Positions 29,364 through 38,793 of a stretch of 64,000 nt of DNA are shown here, piece by piece. The DNA comes from Candidatus Sumerlaeaceae bacterium (lineage in GTDB: Bacteria > Sumerlaeota > Sumerlaeia > Sumerlaeales > Sumerlaeaceae). The notes under the pieces are model-generated. The model searched no databases and was not told the DNA's origin. It was given only the letters and a program-made list of their open reading frames with translations. The stretch spans positions 1 through 64,000 of the forward strand of contig JBPCLP010000008.1 in NCBI GenBank assembly GCA_051003195.1, given 5' to 3'. The stretch's first letter is position 1, and each line of letters begins with the position of its first letter. The translations under genes and the position numbers were made by a program.

Positions 29364-29672
29364 ATGAAAGGCATACCTGCGCTTACCGCCATCTCAATAA
29401 TGGCAGCTTCAGTCTCCTTCGCCCAGACTAGCGGTAGCACCCCAACCGGTACCGGATCGTCCTCAAAGGCCGCCGGCAGTGCGCCCATTACAAGTACGGG
29501 CTCCAGCAGTGCCGATGTGCGAAGCAACAATGCCAGCACCACGGGAACCACACGCGGCACTGGCACGGCAGGGCATCCAAGTAATGCCAGCTCGACCGGA
29601 CAAGCGCATGGTACGGGTACGTTAAAATCCGACACACCGACGTCCGTTTCCGGGGGCTTATCGACCCGTTAG
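29364..29672 (+). CDS. Secreted Ser/Thr/Gly-rich low-complexity protein
   Basis: Signal peptide ending SFA-Q, then an S/T/G-rich tail. Confidence 0.7.
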   Translation: MKGIPALTAISIMAASVSFAQTSGSTPTGTGSSSKAAGSAPITSTGSSSADVRSNNASTTGTTRGTGTAGHPSNASSTGQAHGTGTLKSDTPTSVSGGLSTR

Positions 29673-29824
29673 TCGCGTTGAAGATCCACGCAGCGTGAGG
29701 ACGGAGTATCGTTGCGGCTGCGCTGCAAGCTTCCTGACGCAGGAGCACGGGCAAAAAGTACGATGCGGGAATGATTTTCCGTAAAATTTCAATAAGGGAG
29801 CCGTCCGGATAGTAGCGCTATCCC

Positions 29825-31474
29825 ATGAGCGAATTGGAGGCAGAAGCGTTGTCCGGGACGGCCGGACTTCCGAATGCCACACCACTTCGCACTGCTTCGA
29901 TACATATCCAGGCGTGGGTCCCGCTGCGGCGGTCCCTGTTTCGCGCACTGTGGCTTGCGTCATTTGTTTCGAATATCGGGTCATTTATGCACGAGGTGGG
30001 AGCGGCATGGCTGATGACCGGGCTGAAGCCGATCCCGTGGATGGTTTCGCTGGTGCAGGCTGCGGCAAACCTGCCGGTTTTTCTGCTCGCATTGCCCGCG
30101 GGCGCGATTGCAGACGTGGTGGACCGGCGGCTCCTGATTATCTGGACTCAATTATGGATGGGATTCTGCGCCGGTGTCCTCGCAGCTTTTACTTACGCCG
30201 ATATGACCGGCCCATGGATGCTGCTGACGTTCACCTTTCTTTTGTCGGTCGGCGGCGCAATGACATGGCCGGCGTGGCAGGCAATTACACCCGAACTGGT
30301 GGAGAAACACGAAGTGCCGGCGGCAATCGCGCTGGGTGGAATTGGGTTTAACCTTTCCCGCATCGTAGGACCGGCGATTGGTGGCTTTATCGTGGGCAGT
30401 GCAGGACCCGCAGCCGTGTTCCTTGCGAACGCCCTTTCGTATATTGCGATTGTCGGCGTGCTGATTGCGTGGCGGCGCAAACCTATCAAGCGCCGCCTGC
30501 CGCCGGAGACCATCGTTGGCGCGATGCGTTCGGGTGTGCGTTACCTGCGTTTTTCTCCGGCACTTCGGGCGATCCTGATCCGCTGCGGCTCGTTCATCCT
30601 TTGCTCGGGCTGCTACTGGGCGATCCTGCCGTTGCTGGCACGACAGGACATCGGGCTGGATTCAACGCACTATGGGCTGCTGCTGGGCTGGTTTGGGGCG
30701 GGGGCAGTGGTCGCGGGGCTGGTGCTGCCGAAATTGCGCAAGTATGTGTCCTCAAACACGCTGGTCACCCTGACGTGTTCGCTTGTGGCGCTGCAAATGG
30801 CGGCGCTGGCCTACGTGCGCGAGCGGCACAGCCTGCACCTGATCATGGTGTTTGGTGGGTTTGTGTGGTCGAGCGCGATGTTGTGCTTCAATATCGCGGT
30901 GCTGCACGCGGCACCGGAATGGGTTCGCTCGCGCGCGGCGGCGCTTTTCCTGCTGGTATTCACGGGCGGCCAGACAGTGAGCAGCATTGTGTGGGGGGCA
31001 GTGGCTACGCGCTACTCCATGCCAACGGCGCTGATTGTCGCGGCGGGTGCATTGCTGGCAGTTGTGGCAATTACCTCTGCATTTTATCGGATGCCGGCGA
31101 GCGAGAAGTACAACTTATCGCCTGGCGGTCAGTCGCAGCTTCTCCCGCTGGACGATGACCTCGAGCATGATGAAGGGCCGGTGCTCGTCCTGGTTAAATA
31201 CTTTATACGCGCGCAGGACCTGGATGATTTTCACGCAGCGCTCTGGCCGTTACGGCGCATACGCCTGCGTGACGGTGCAAGCCAGTGGGGCCTGTTTCGA
31301 GATACCTCGACGCCGGATCTATACGTTGAGACGTTCCTGGTTCCCTCGTGGATCGATCATCTGCGGCAACACGAGCGCATGACTGTGGATGACCTGGCTG
31401 CCGAAAAGCGGGCGATGGGTTTTCACAGCGGAGATGTCCCACCGGAAGTGGTGCATTATGTTGCGAGCGGGTAA
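29825..31474 (+). CDS. MFS transporter (MFS_3 type) with C-terminal soluble domain
   Basis: Motifs FRALWLA, LPAGAIADVVDRR and LRRIRLRDGASQWGL...SWIDHLRQHER. Confidence 0.92.
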   Translation: MSELEAEALSGTAGLPNATPLRTASIHIQAWVPLRRSLFRALWLASFVSNIGSFMHEVGAAWLMTGLKPIPWMVSLVQAAANLPVFLLALPAGAIADVVDRRLLIIWTQLWMGFCAGVLAAFTYADMTGPWMLLTFTFLLSVGGAMTWPAWQAITPELVEKHEVPAAIALGGIGFNLSRIVGPAIGGFIVGSAGPAAVFLANALSYIAIVGVLIAWRRKPIKRRLPPETIVGAMRSGVRYLRFSPALRAILIRCGSFILCSGCYWAILPLLARQDIGLDSTHYGLLLGWFGAGAVVAGLVLPKLRKYVSSNTLVTLTCSLVALQMAALAYVRERHSLHLIMVFGGFVWSSAMLCFNIAVLHAAPEWVRSRAAALFLLVFTGGQTVSSIVWGAVATRYSMPTALIVAAGALLAVVAITSAFYRMPASEKYNLSPGGQSQLLPLDDDLEHDEGPVLVLVKYFIRAQDLDDFHAALWPLRRIRLRDGASQWGLFRDTSTPDLYVETFLVPSWIDHLRQHERMTVDDLAAEKRAMGFHSGDVPPEVVHYVASG

Positions 31475-31513
31475 TGTGGTTCCAAAAGATTCGTTACATA
31501 TTTTCGGTTTCCG

Positions 31514-31659
31514 GCGCCCCTTCAGGGCGCGAAAATGGAGTGCTGTAACCCCAGGGCTGCGGATTCCAAAAAGCCGGAATCCTGACCCTGGGCTGTGTTC
31601 CGCTGCACCTTCGGTGCAAAAAACCTGAGGGCGGCAGAGTCCAAAAAGCCGGAATCCTG
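31514..31659. repeat. Cluster of REP-like hairpins between convergent genes
   Basis: GCGCCCCTTCAGGGCGC; nested CCCAGGG/GGATTCC..GGAATCC/CCCTGGG; GCACCTTCGGTGC; TCCAAAAAGCCGGAATCCTG present twice. Confidence 0.65.
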
Positions 31660-31690
31660 GAATTATGCCGCGAAACTCTGAGACAGCACA

Positions 31691-31785
31691 CCAGGGTCTA
31701 CCGTTACTTCGTAATCTGTTCTGTGTGCCGAATCGAGGGTAAGTTTGCGTTGGTCTGGTAATGAACTACTGATTCGGCACAATAG
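31691..31785 (-). mobile_element. ~100-bp MITE-like element, copy 4 (degenerate ends)
   Basis: ggtctaccgttacttcgtaatctgttctgtgtgccgaatc...gattcggcaca. Confidence 0.8.
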
Positions 31786-31836
31786 GGGGAAGAGTACCCG
31801 CGCGAGTGAACTTTCGCGACGGGGGAAGGATTGTAC

Positions 31837-32352
31837 TTACGCGCGTTTTTTGCGGGAAGCCTTGCGCCGATCCAAAGTCCTATCCGTAGCGCGGAGATAG
31901 TTTTCGAAATCCCGTACGAAGCGTTCCTGGCCGCGTGTCTCGATAGACCCCGGCCGGGCGGCACGCACCAGGTTGATCGCCTCCTCGGCTGTTTTGCCTG
32001 ACGCGATGAGGTAACATGCGAGCATCGTTCCCGTGCGACCGTAGCCGCCGCGGCAGTGCACGGTGATCTGGCGTCCTTCCGCGCGCTGCATTTTCGCGAA
32101 TTCTACAAACTCCTCGGCCTGCTTGAGTGTCGGCGGGTGGAAGTCGGGAATCGGCAGGTGCAGATAGTGCAGGCCGTGCTCTGCCACCAGGTGCAGAGGA
32201 ACTCCGTCTTCATCGAGCGATACCAGCGCTTCTGTCCCGCGATCGCGGAGTTCGGCCAGCGCCTCGCCGCAATCGCCATAGGAGTCGGGATGGCCACAAC
32301 CGGCCATCTCCCCTTCCAGCAGGTATCCGAAATTGTTAAGCATCGTGTTCAC
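31837..32352 (-). CDS. Dual-specificity / protein tyrosine phosphatase
   Basis: Catalytic loop HCRGGYGRT; motifs IPDF and RPGSIET. Confidence 0.92.
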   Translation of the reverse strand: MNTMLNNFGYLLEGEMAGCGHPDSYGDCGEALAELRDRGTEALVSLDEDGVPLHLVAEHGLHYLHLPIPDFHPPTLKQAEEFVEFAKMQRAEGRQITVHCRGGYGRTGTMLACYLIASGKTAEEAINLVRAARPGSIETRGQERFVRDFENYLRATDRTLDRRKASRKKRA

Positions 32353-32433
32353 GCTCGCCGACGTGCAGGATTCGCGCGGTAATTCACAACAAAAAAGCGG
32401 ATCATTGCCCGGCTGCTTCGCGGGCTTTCCACA

Positions 32434-32874
32434 TCAGCAGTAGGTGTTGAAGGCGTTTACGAGATCTTCGGCGACCTGGTCGGCGCTGCGTCCCTCGATG
32501 TTGTGACGCTCGAGCATTGTGACGACTTCGCCGTCTTTCAACAGTGCGATTTGCGGCGAGGAAGGATTGTAGCCTTTGAAATAGGCGCGCGCCTTTGAAA
32601 CCGCATCTTTGTCGACACCGGCAAATACCGTCACAATTCGATCGGGCTGCTTTTCATTCCCCAGGGCCTTGGCGACACCCGGGCGAGCGTTTCCGGCGGC
32701 GCAGCCGCACACGCTGTTTACGACAACCAGCACGGTACCCTTATTTTCGCCGAGGACTTCGTCCACCTGGTCTGGTGTGCGCAGATCTTCGACGCCGAGA
32801 CGCGTCAGTTCCGCGCGCATGGGTTCGGTCATTTCGGGTGGATACCCGGTTGCCATCTGGAAGAAATTGGACAT
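32434..32874 (-). CDS. BrxA/BrxB family bacilliredoxin
   Basis: Motifs VNSVCGCAAGNARP, TVFAG, PSSP and ERHNIEGR; AAGGAG RBS. Confidence 0.92.
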   Translation of the reverse strand: MSNFFQMATGYPPEMTEPMRAELTRLGVEDLRTPDQVDEVLGENKGTVLVVVNSVCGCAAGNARPGVAKALGNEKQPDRIVTVFAGVDKDAVSKARAYFKGYNPSSPQIALLKDGEVVTMLERHNIEGRSADQVAEDLVNAFNTYC

Positions 32875-32921
32875 TTCGTTACTCCTTGGTTTTGCAAATC
32901 GTGTGTGTTTCGGTTTCGCCT

Positions 32922-32947
32922 GCCCAGGCTAAAGCCTGCACATCGAA
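32922..32947 (-). repeat. REP-like palindrome CAGGCTAAAGCCTG
   Basis: GCCCAGGCTAAAGCCTGCACATCGAA, just downstream of the ilvE stop. Confidence 0.75.
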
Positions 32948-32948
32948 G

Positions 32949-33845
32949 CTATTTCGCGGCTGCCTTTTCATACACCATTTCACCGTCGGTCGTCACTATC
33001 GTGTGGAAACGTGCGATGAGTTCGCGAGTGACGGGGCCGGGTTTGCCGTCGCCAATGGGACGCCCATCAATTTTCACGACGGGAATGGCCTCGGCAGCGG
33101 TGCCGGTAAGGAAGACTTCGTCGGCATCGTAGACTTCGAAGCGTGTGAAGGGTTCTTCCTTCACGACCATGCCATCCTTTTCAGCGAGTTCCATGATTGC
33201 ATCGCGCGTGATACCGCGTAGCGCGCCGAGGTAACAAGGTGGGGTCGTGAGCACGCCATCCTTCACGAGGAAAACATTGTCGCCCGTACATTCCACAACG
33301 AAGCCGTTGTGGTCGAGCATCAGCGCTTCGCGGACATTGGCAAGCTGGCCTTCCATCTTGGCCATGATGTTGTTGAGGTAATTGCAGCTCTTTACACGCC
33401 CGTTCCATGCGGCCACGTTGAAGCGGTTGCTCGGCACGGTCACGATTTCCAGGCCGTTATCGTAGTCGGACTGCGGGTAGAGCTTGATGCTGGCCGCGAT
33501 AATGAAAATGGTCGCCTTGGGGCAGAGCCGAGGGTCGAGTCCAAGGTCGCCGGTGCCGCGCGTGACAACGAGGCGGATGTAGCCGTCGTTGAGTCCATTG
33601 GCGCGAATGGTTTCCACGATCGCGTCGCGCAGCTCTTCGTAGCTCATCGGGATTTCGAGCCGTATGTATCTCGCGGACGACCAGAGCCGCTCCAGGTGCT
33701 GCTTGAGCCGGAATATACAGCCGTCGTAGATGCGGATACCTTCGAATACGCCGTCGCCGTACAGTACACAATGATCGAAGACGCTGATTTTAGCGTCCTC
33801 TTTGTCATAGAGCTGTCCGTCGATCCACACCTTCATCTGCTGCAT
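32949..33845 (-). CDS. ilvE: Branched-chain amino acid aminotransferase
   Basis: Motifs YGDGVFEGIR, KSCNY, ECTGDN, LRGITR and GTAAE. Confidence 0.95.
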   Translation of the reverse strand: MQQMKVWIDGQLYDKEDAKISVFDHCVLYGDGVFEGIRIYDGCIFRLKQHLERLWSSARYIRLEIPMSYEELRDAIVETIRANGLNDGYIRLVVTRGTGDLGLDPRLCPKATIFIIAASIKLYPQSDYDNGLEIVTVPSNRFNVAAWNGRVKSCNYLNNIMAKMEGQLANVREALMLDHNGFVVECTGDNVFLVKDGVLTTPPCYLGALRGITRDAIMELAEKDGMVVKEEPFTRFEVYDADEVFLTGTAAEAIPVVKIDGRPIGDGKPGPVTRELIARFHTIVTTDGEMVYEKAAAK

Positions 33846-33875
33846 CGGGCGTTTGCCTCCTGGGTTGGTAAAATC

Positions 33876-33976
33876 CTAGTGTAGTCTACCGTTAGTTCGT
33901 AATCAGTTCTGTGTGCCGAATCGAGGTCAAGTCTGGCCTTTAGTCCTCGTAAGGAACTACTGATTCGGCACATCAG
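33876..33976 (-). mobile_element. ~100-bp MITE-like element, copy 5
   Basis: CTAGTGTAGTCTACCGTTAGTTCGTAATCAGTTCTGTGTGCCGAATC...GATTCGGCACATCAG. Confidence 0.85.
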
Positions 33977-34101
33977 TTAGAGCTTTGGATGCGCTTACAT
34001 TCGCAGGATTTAGGAACCAATGTGTCGGTGCGGTCCCGACCGGACTCCTGCGCGCAGACTGGTACCTCCAGCAATGCCAGCGCTGAGCCCGGAGAAATTG
34101 C

Positions 34102-37100
34102 CTATTTTAGCATCTGCCAGTCGGACGCGGCGGCAACGCTTTGGATGGAGTACTGCTCGGCCTTCAGGCTGTAGTTGTCTATGAACCATCCAGTCGGGCC
34201 ATTTCGCTTTTCTGTGAAGCCGTTCCAGTTGTAAGTAAATACAACCTGCAGCGTGTGACCGGCCCATACTGCGGGATCGAGCTCCAGAGTCGTCAGCGTG
34301 TAAGGCAGCCCAGGACCGCCGTTCACATACCCGTCCTGGTTGGGATAGGCTGTATATGTGCCGTCGAATTTCCCAGTGTAGCCATTTTTAATTTCCAGTA
34401 CACCGGCAAGTGCACTGGCCATGTCCTGCTGCGAGCCGCCGTCTCTCAGCAGGAAAACTTTGCCGCCGGCCAGGCCGTAAAGCGATGACGCGTTTGTCTG
34501 ATCAAACGAGAGGACAATGCGATTCGCGGTGGCAGGAATCAGGCTGACGGGAGACTTTAACTGGTCGAGCTGATATTGATAGGGAAACGGCTCTTCGAAA
34601 TGGGCGCACGTTGCGCCAGTCGCGGGTTTGGAGGTATCTGCCACCCACGCAGAATCCACTCCGTTCAAGTTCGTCTGCGTAAATGCTCCGAAGCCACTCT
34701 CAAACCCTTCTGAAATATCCAGCAGCGTGGCAGGCACGCCGGAGCGTAACGTGACCGGAAGGCTTGCCGCAAAATTGCCTAGATTGCTGGACAGCGTGAG
34801 CACCAGGTTGAGCTGGCAGCCGGCCGGAATAGAATCGGGAGTCGTGAACTCGAATGCGGTAGAATTGCCCTGGGGGGCGCCACCCTGCGGTAGCGTCGGG
34901 TAAACTGACGCGGCCTGTATCACGCCTGCTTCGGTGCTGAAGCTGGCCAGTGCGGCCACCACACCAGTGGCGTCTTCGGAACCGACATTGCTCAGGTTAA
35001 TCGTAAGGCGTATTCGTTCATTCCGGTCGATGCTTCCATTGCCATTTCCGCCGATGCCGGAGTCGTCGATGGTAACGGAATCGAGCTTGATCTCAGGCCT
35101 GCCAACCATCCAGACGCCGCGTCCATGCGTGCCTGCGAGAAGTATCGAACGCGCATTGTCGATGCAGAGATCATCGACAGCGGAATTGGGTAACCCGGTG
35201 GAATAGTTCTGCCAGGAGGTGCCACCTGTCGTGGTACGGTACACGCCGACTTCTGTACCCAGGTACCACACGGAGGGGTTTGTGGAATCCAACGCAACAC
35301 AGTTGACCGCGATTGCTGGAAAACCGGCGCTTCGGTTGGTGACGATGGGGCTGCCGGCTGCATTGGATATCTCATAAACCTGGTTGCTGGTAAAGCGGTA
35401 GAACACTGCGATGAAGTGATCAGGGTTTGTTGGATCCACTGCGATATCGGAACAGTAGGAGCCATTAGGGTGCGTCGTAACAAGCGTCCATGCCGGGAGA
35501 ACGGCCGACATGTTGCTGGTGCGAAAGACTTTGCCGCTTTCGAATCCAAGGTAGCAAATCTCGCCGTTGCCTGGCGCGAACGCGACGGCGGATATTTCAT
35601 TGCCGGGATCAAGCTTGCCCGTCACATCAGCCCAGGTTGCACCGGTGCGCGCGGCGGAATTGCGCAGGAGCGAATCTCCGCCGAGCACGAGCATGTTCGG
35701 ATTTGTGCTGTTCAGTGCGCCCTTTGCATAGAACGGGAAGGAATACGAACTGCTGGGGAACTGCGTGCTATTCGGCGAGATTTCACTCCAGCCATACCCC
35801 TGGATCGAACTGCGATATACGGTGTCGAAGATGTAGCCATTATATACATAACGGCTGTCGGTTGGGTCCCATAAAGTAAAGCCGCCATCGCCTGCGTTCA
35901 CCAGGCTCCAAATGCCGGAGCCCAGGTAGCGGCATGTTCCATTATCCTGAGTACCTGCGAGGATCTCGAACCTGGTTGGGTGGAGCGCGACCGCGTAGTT
36001 GTTGACCTGCAGCAAACCGAGCCCGGTGTTCAGGCTAACCCAGTCCGACACTCCGGGAGCATCTGTATAAAAAAGGCCGCCGTCGTTGCAGTCATAGAAG
36101 CGTGCGCCATCGGGTCGAAACAGTCCAAACTGATGATCGGCATGAAGCGACCTGTTACTTGCGACGTTTATAAAGTTGGAACTGCCATTCGTGGATCGAT
36201 AAAGTGGCTGGCTGCCAGAAATATAAATCTCGTTTTCATTAACCGGATTTACCGCGACATACACGTTGTAGAAGAACTGGCCAGATCCTGAGCTCGCGTT
36301 GTAACTGCTGTCGATCTGGTTCCAGATGGCCCCTCCGTTTGTGGACTTGTAGATTTTCAATTTGTCGTAATCAGGCGTCTGGGTCGTGAAATCAGTGTCG
36401 GCGTTAAAGACGGCGTACATGATGTTCGGGTTGGAAGGAGCCTGTACGAGATCGGCCAGTCCATCGCGGTGATTTGTGGCAATGCCCGTGTTCTGCTGTA
36501 CCCAGGTGACACCGTTGTTTGTGGACTTGTAGAGACCTGAAGAGCCGGACGTGGAACTGGTTCGCGTCGCCCACCAAACCTGATTATTGCTCAAGTCCTG
36601 GATCACATTGTTAAAGCGTCCAGCCTGCGCGAGCGTAATGGACTGGAAGGCATCGCTGGTGATGTAAATCCCGGCGAACGTCGCGGCAACAATCCTGCGC
36701 GTGGGTCCCGTTAAAGTGGTACGGTCGATCGTGATCTGCGCAATTTTTGAGCTTGCGAGGGTAGCGGACTGCCGGCTCACCCAGTTCGCACCGCTGTCGG
36801 TGGAGACGAGAATACCGGCCCCGGATTTCGCATCGCCCGACAACACGGCCTCGCCGGTGCCAACGTAGATTTCATTCGGAGCACCCTGGTTGACGGTAAT
36901 ACAGCCCGTCGCGAGGCTCGGCTGGTTGTCGGTGAGTGGTGTCCACGTCGCACCATGGTTTGTTGTCTTCCACACACCGCCGTCTGCACCGCCGATGTAG
37001 AGAGTCTGGTAGGTGGGATCCGACGGATCAAATGCGGCGGACGAAATGCGACCGGACACCTTGCACTTGGGGCTGAAGGAGTTGGCCTGGCTTCCGACGA

Positions 37101-37614
37101 CGGGTTGGCCATTGTATACAACGTTTGGACCGAGCTCGACCCAACGTGACCCGAAGATTTGCCCGGCGGGAAGCAGAGGAGTCTCGGGATCGGCGGGTGG
37201 TCCAACAGGCGCTGCCGTCGACTGGTCGCGCGACGGCAATTGTGGCAATGCGCGCAGCACCGGTTTGTTGCTGCGGATGTTTTCGATGCCGAGCAGCCGT
37301 AATCTCGCATGGCTGACCTTATTCTCGTCGGCCGCTAACCGGCGCCTTTTGGATTCGTGCTGCAAGCGCCTGAAGACCATCGATTCGTCTTCCTCGCGTT
37401 CGACGACTTGCCCGGGAGCGGCGATGTCTCTCTCATCCTGGTCCCCCTTCACCGTAATTTTGGCAGGAGGGGTGGGCGGCACGGCCAGGGTGTTCAGATC
37501 GCTGGACGCGGCTGCAGGGAAAATTTGAGCATGTGCTGCCGAGCTAAGTCCAATCGACAAAGCAAGCCAGACTTGCAGCGTGCCGCGGCTGCGGCTCGAA
37601 ATTGCATCGCTCAT
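34102..37614 (-). CDS. Large secreted BNR/VPS10-like beta-propeller protein with C-terminal beta-sandwich domains
   Basis: Signal peptide (AHA-Q); many KSTN.G.TW boxes; motifs HADHQ, GTQDNG, GDGG and GTHGRGVW; ends AAASDWQMLK*. Confidence 0.88.
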   Translation of the reverse strand: MSDAISSRSRGTLQVWLALSIGLSSAAHAQIFPAAASSDLNTLAVPPTPPAKITVKGDQDERDIAAPGQVVEREEDESMVFRRLQHESKRRRLAADENKVSHARLRLLGIENIRSNKPVLRALPQLPSRDQSTAAPVGPPADPETPLLPAGQIFGSRWVELGPNVVYNGQPVVGSQANSFSPKCKVSGRISSAAFDPSDPTYQTLYIGGADGGVWKTTNHGATWTPLTDNQPSLATGCITVNQGAPNEIYVGTGEAVLSGDAKSGAGILVSTDSGANWVSRQSATLASSKIAQITIDRTTLTGPTRRIVAATFAGIYITSDAFQSITLAQAGRFNNVIQDLSNNQVWWATRTSSTSGSSGLYKSTNNGVTWVQQNTGIATNHRDGLADLVQAPSNPNIMYAVFNADTDFTTQTPDYDKLKIYKSTNGGAIWNQIDSSYNASSGSGQFFYNVYVAVNPVNENEIYISGSQPLYRSTNGSSNFINVASNRSLHADHQFGLFRPDGARFYDCNDGGLFYTDAPGVSDWVSLNTGLGLLQVNNYAVALHPTRFEILAGTQDNGTCRYLGSGIWSLVNAGDGGFTLWDPTDSRYVYNGYIFDTVYRSSIQGYGWSEISPNSTQFPSSSYSFPFYAKGALNSTNPNMLVLGGDSLLRNSAARTGATWADVTGKLDPGNEISAVAFAPGNGEICYLGFESGKVFRTSNMSAVLPAWTLVTTHPNGSYCSDIAVDPTNPDHFIAVFYRFTSNQVYEISNAAGSPIVTNRSAGFPAIAVNCVALDSTNPSVWYLGTEVGVYRTTTGGTSWQNYSTGLPNSAVDDLCIDNARSILLAGTHGRGVWMVGRPEIKLDSVTIDDSGIGGNGNGSIDRNERIRLTINLSNVGSEDATGVVAALASFSTEAGVIQAASVYPTLPQGGAPQGNSTAFEFTTPDSIPAGCQLNLVLTLSSNLGNFAASLPVTLRSGVPATLLDISEGFESGFGAFTQTNLNGVDSAWVADTSKPATGATCAHFEEPFPYQYQLDQLKSPVSLIPATANRIVLSFDQTNASSLYGLAGGKVFLLRDGGSQQDMASALAGVLEIKNGYTGKFDGTYTAYPNQDGYVNGGPGLPYTLTTLELDPAVWAGHTLQVVFTYNWNGFTEKRNGPTGWFIDNYSLKAEQYSIQSVAAASDWQMLK

Positions 37615-37775
37615 GCGTAACGCATACACTTCAGAGTCAAAGGCATGACACAATCATGTGACAACCCGGCGCGGGCAACCTTAAAGGATTAAGGAACAAT
37701 GGATGGAAAGCTGCCTGACGCAGAGAATCCAGATTGTTTGAACGCAGAGTGCAGCATGAGGTATAGTGTGCTTCG

Positions 37776-38732
37776 ATGGCTGACACTCCAGCAGTTGAAT
37801 TTCGCGAAGTTGGACACAATTACGGTAATCATCCCGCGTTGCAGGGAGTATCGTTCCAGGTGGGACAGGGCGAAATTTTTGCGCTGCTGGGCCCAAATGG
37901 CGGCGGTAAAACCACCCTGTTTCGCATTTTATCCACGCAGATGCAGGCCAGTGCCGGTACGGCATTCGTACTTGGAGTGGACGTCTCACAAAATCCCGGC
38001 GTCGCACGACAGCACATGGGAGTCGTGTTTCAATCGCCAAGCCTCGACAAGAAACTGACGGCTGAAGAGAACCTGGTGCACCAGGGACATTTATATGGGC
38101 TTCGAGGATCGCACCTGAAGGCGCGCATGGATCGGGCGCTTGAGGCCGTGGACCTGTTCCAGCGCAGGCGGGAGCGGGTCGAAAAGTTTTCAGGCGGAAT
38201 GCAGCGACGTGTTGAGGTGGCAAAGGCGCTGATGCATGATCCCGACCTGCTGCTGCTTGACGAGCCAAGCACGGGACTGGATCCGCACGCCAGGCTGGAA
38301 CTCTGGGCGCAACTGGTGCGCCAGCGCGAGGAGAATGGTGTCACAAGCCTGCTGACTACGCACCTGATGGAAGAGGCCGAGAAGGCGGACCGCGTGGCGA
38401 TTTTGCATAAGGGCAGGGTGGTTGCACTCGGTTCACCGGAAAAACTGAAGGCGACGGTCGGGGGTGAAGTTCTGGAATTGCAGAGCAACGAGCCCAAGCG
38501 GTTACAGGCTGGTATTGCCCAGAAGTTTGGTGGCGATCCGGTTGTGATAGCTTCTGATACCGTCCGGTTGGAAACGAGCCGCGCCGACAGCACTCCGGGT
38601 GCGCGGTTGCTGGTGGACATTGTCGAGGCGTTCCCCGGCCTGGTTGAATCGGGCCGTGTAGGCAAGCCGAGCCTGGAAGATGTCTTCGTTAGATGCACGG
38701 GTCATAGATTTGAATCGGGGCCAGAAGTTTAA
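37776..38732 (+). CDS. ABC transporter ATP-binding protein (DrrA-like)
   Basis: Motifs GPNGGGKT, FSGGMQRR and LLLDEP. Confidence 0.95.
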   Translation: MADTPAVEFREVGHNYGNHPALQGVSFQVGQGEIFALLGPNGGGKTTLFRILSTQMQASAGTAFVLGVDVSQNPGVARQHMGVVFQSPSLDKKLTAEENLVHQGHLYGLRGSHLKARMDRALEAVDLFQRRRERVEKFSGGMQRRVEVAKALMHDPDLLLLDEPSTGLDPHARLELWAQLVRQREENGVTSLLTTHLMEEAEKADRVAILHKGRVVALGSPEKLKATVGGEVLELQSNEPKRLQAGIAQKFGGDPVVIASDTVRLETSRADSTPGARLLVDIVEAFPGLVESGRVGKPSLEDVFVRCTGHRFESGPEV

Positions 38733-38793
38733 TGCCGAAAACACAACATGTCTTCACATGCTCTCTTTTTAGTAATCCCGGTTTGCGAAAAGG

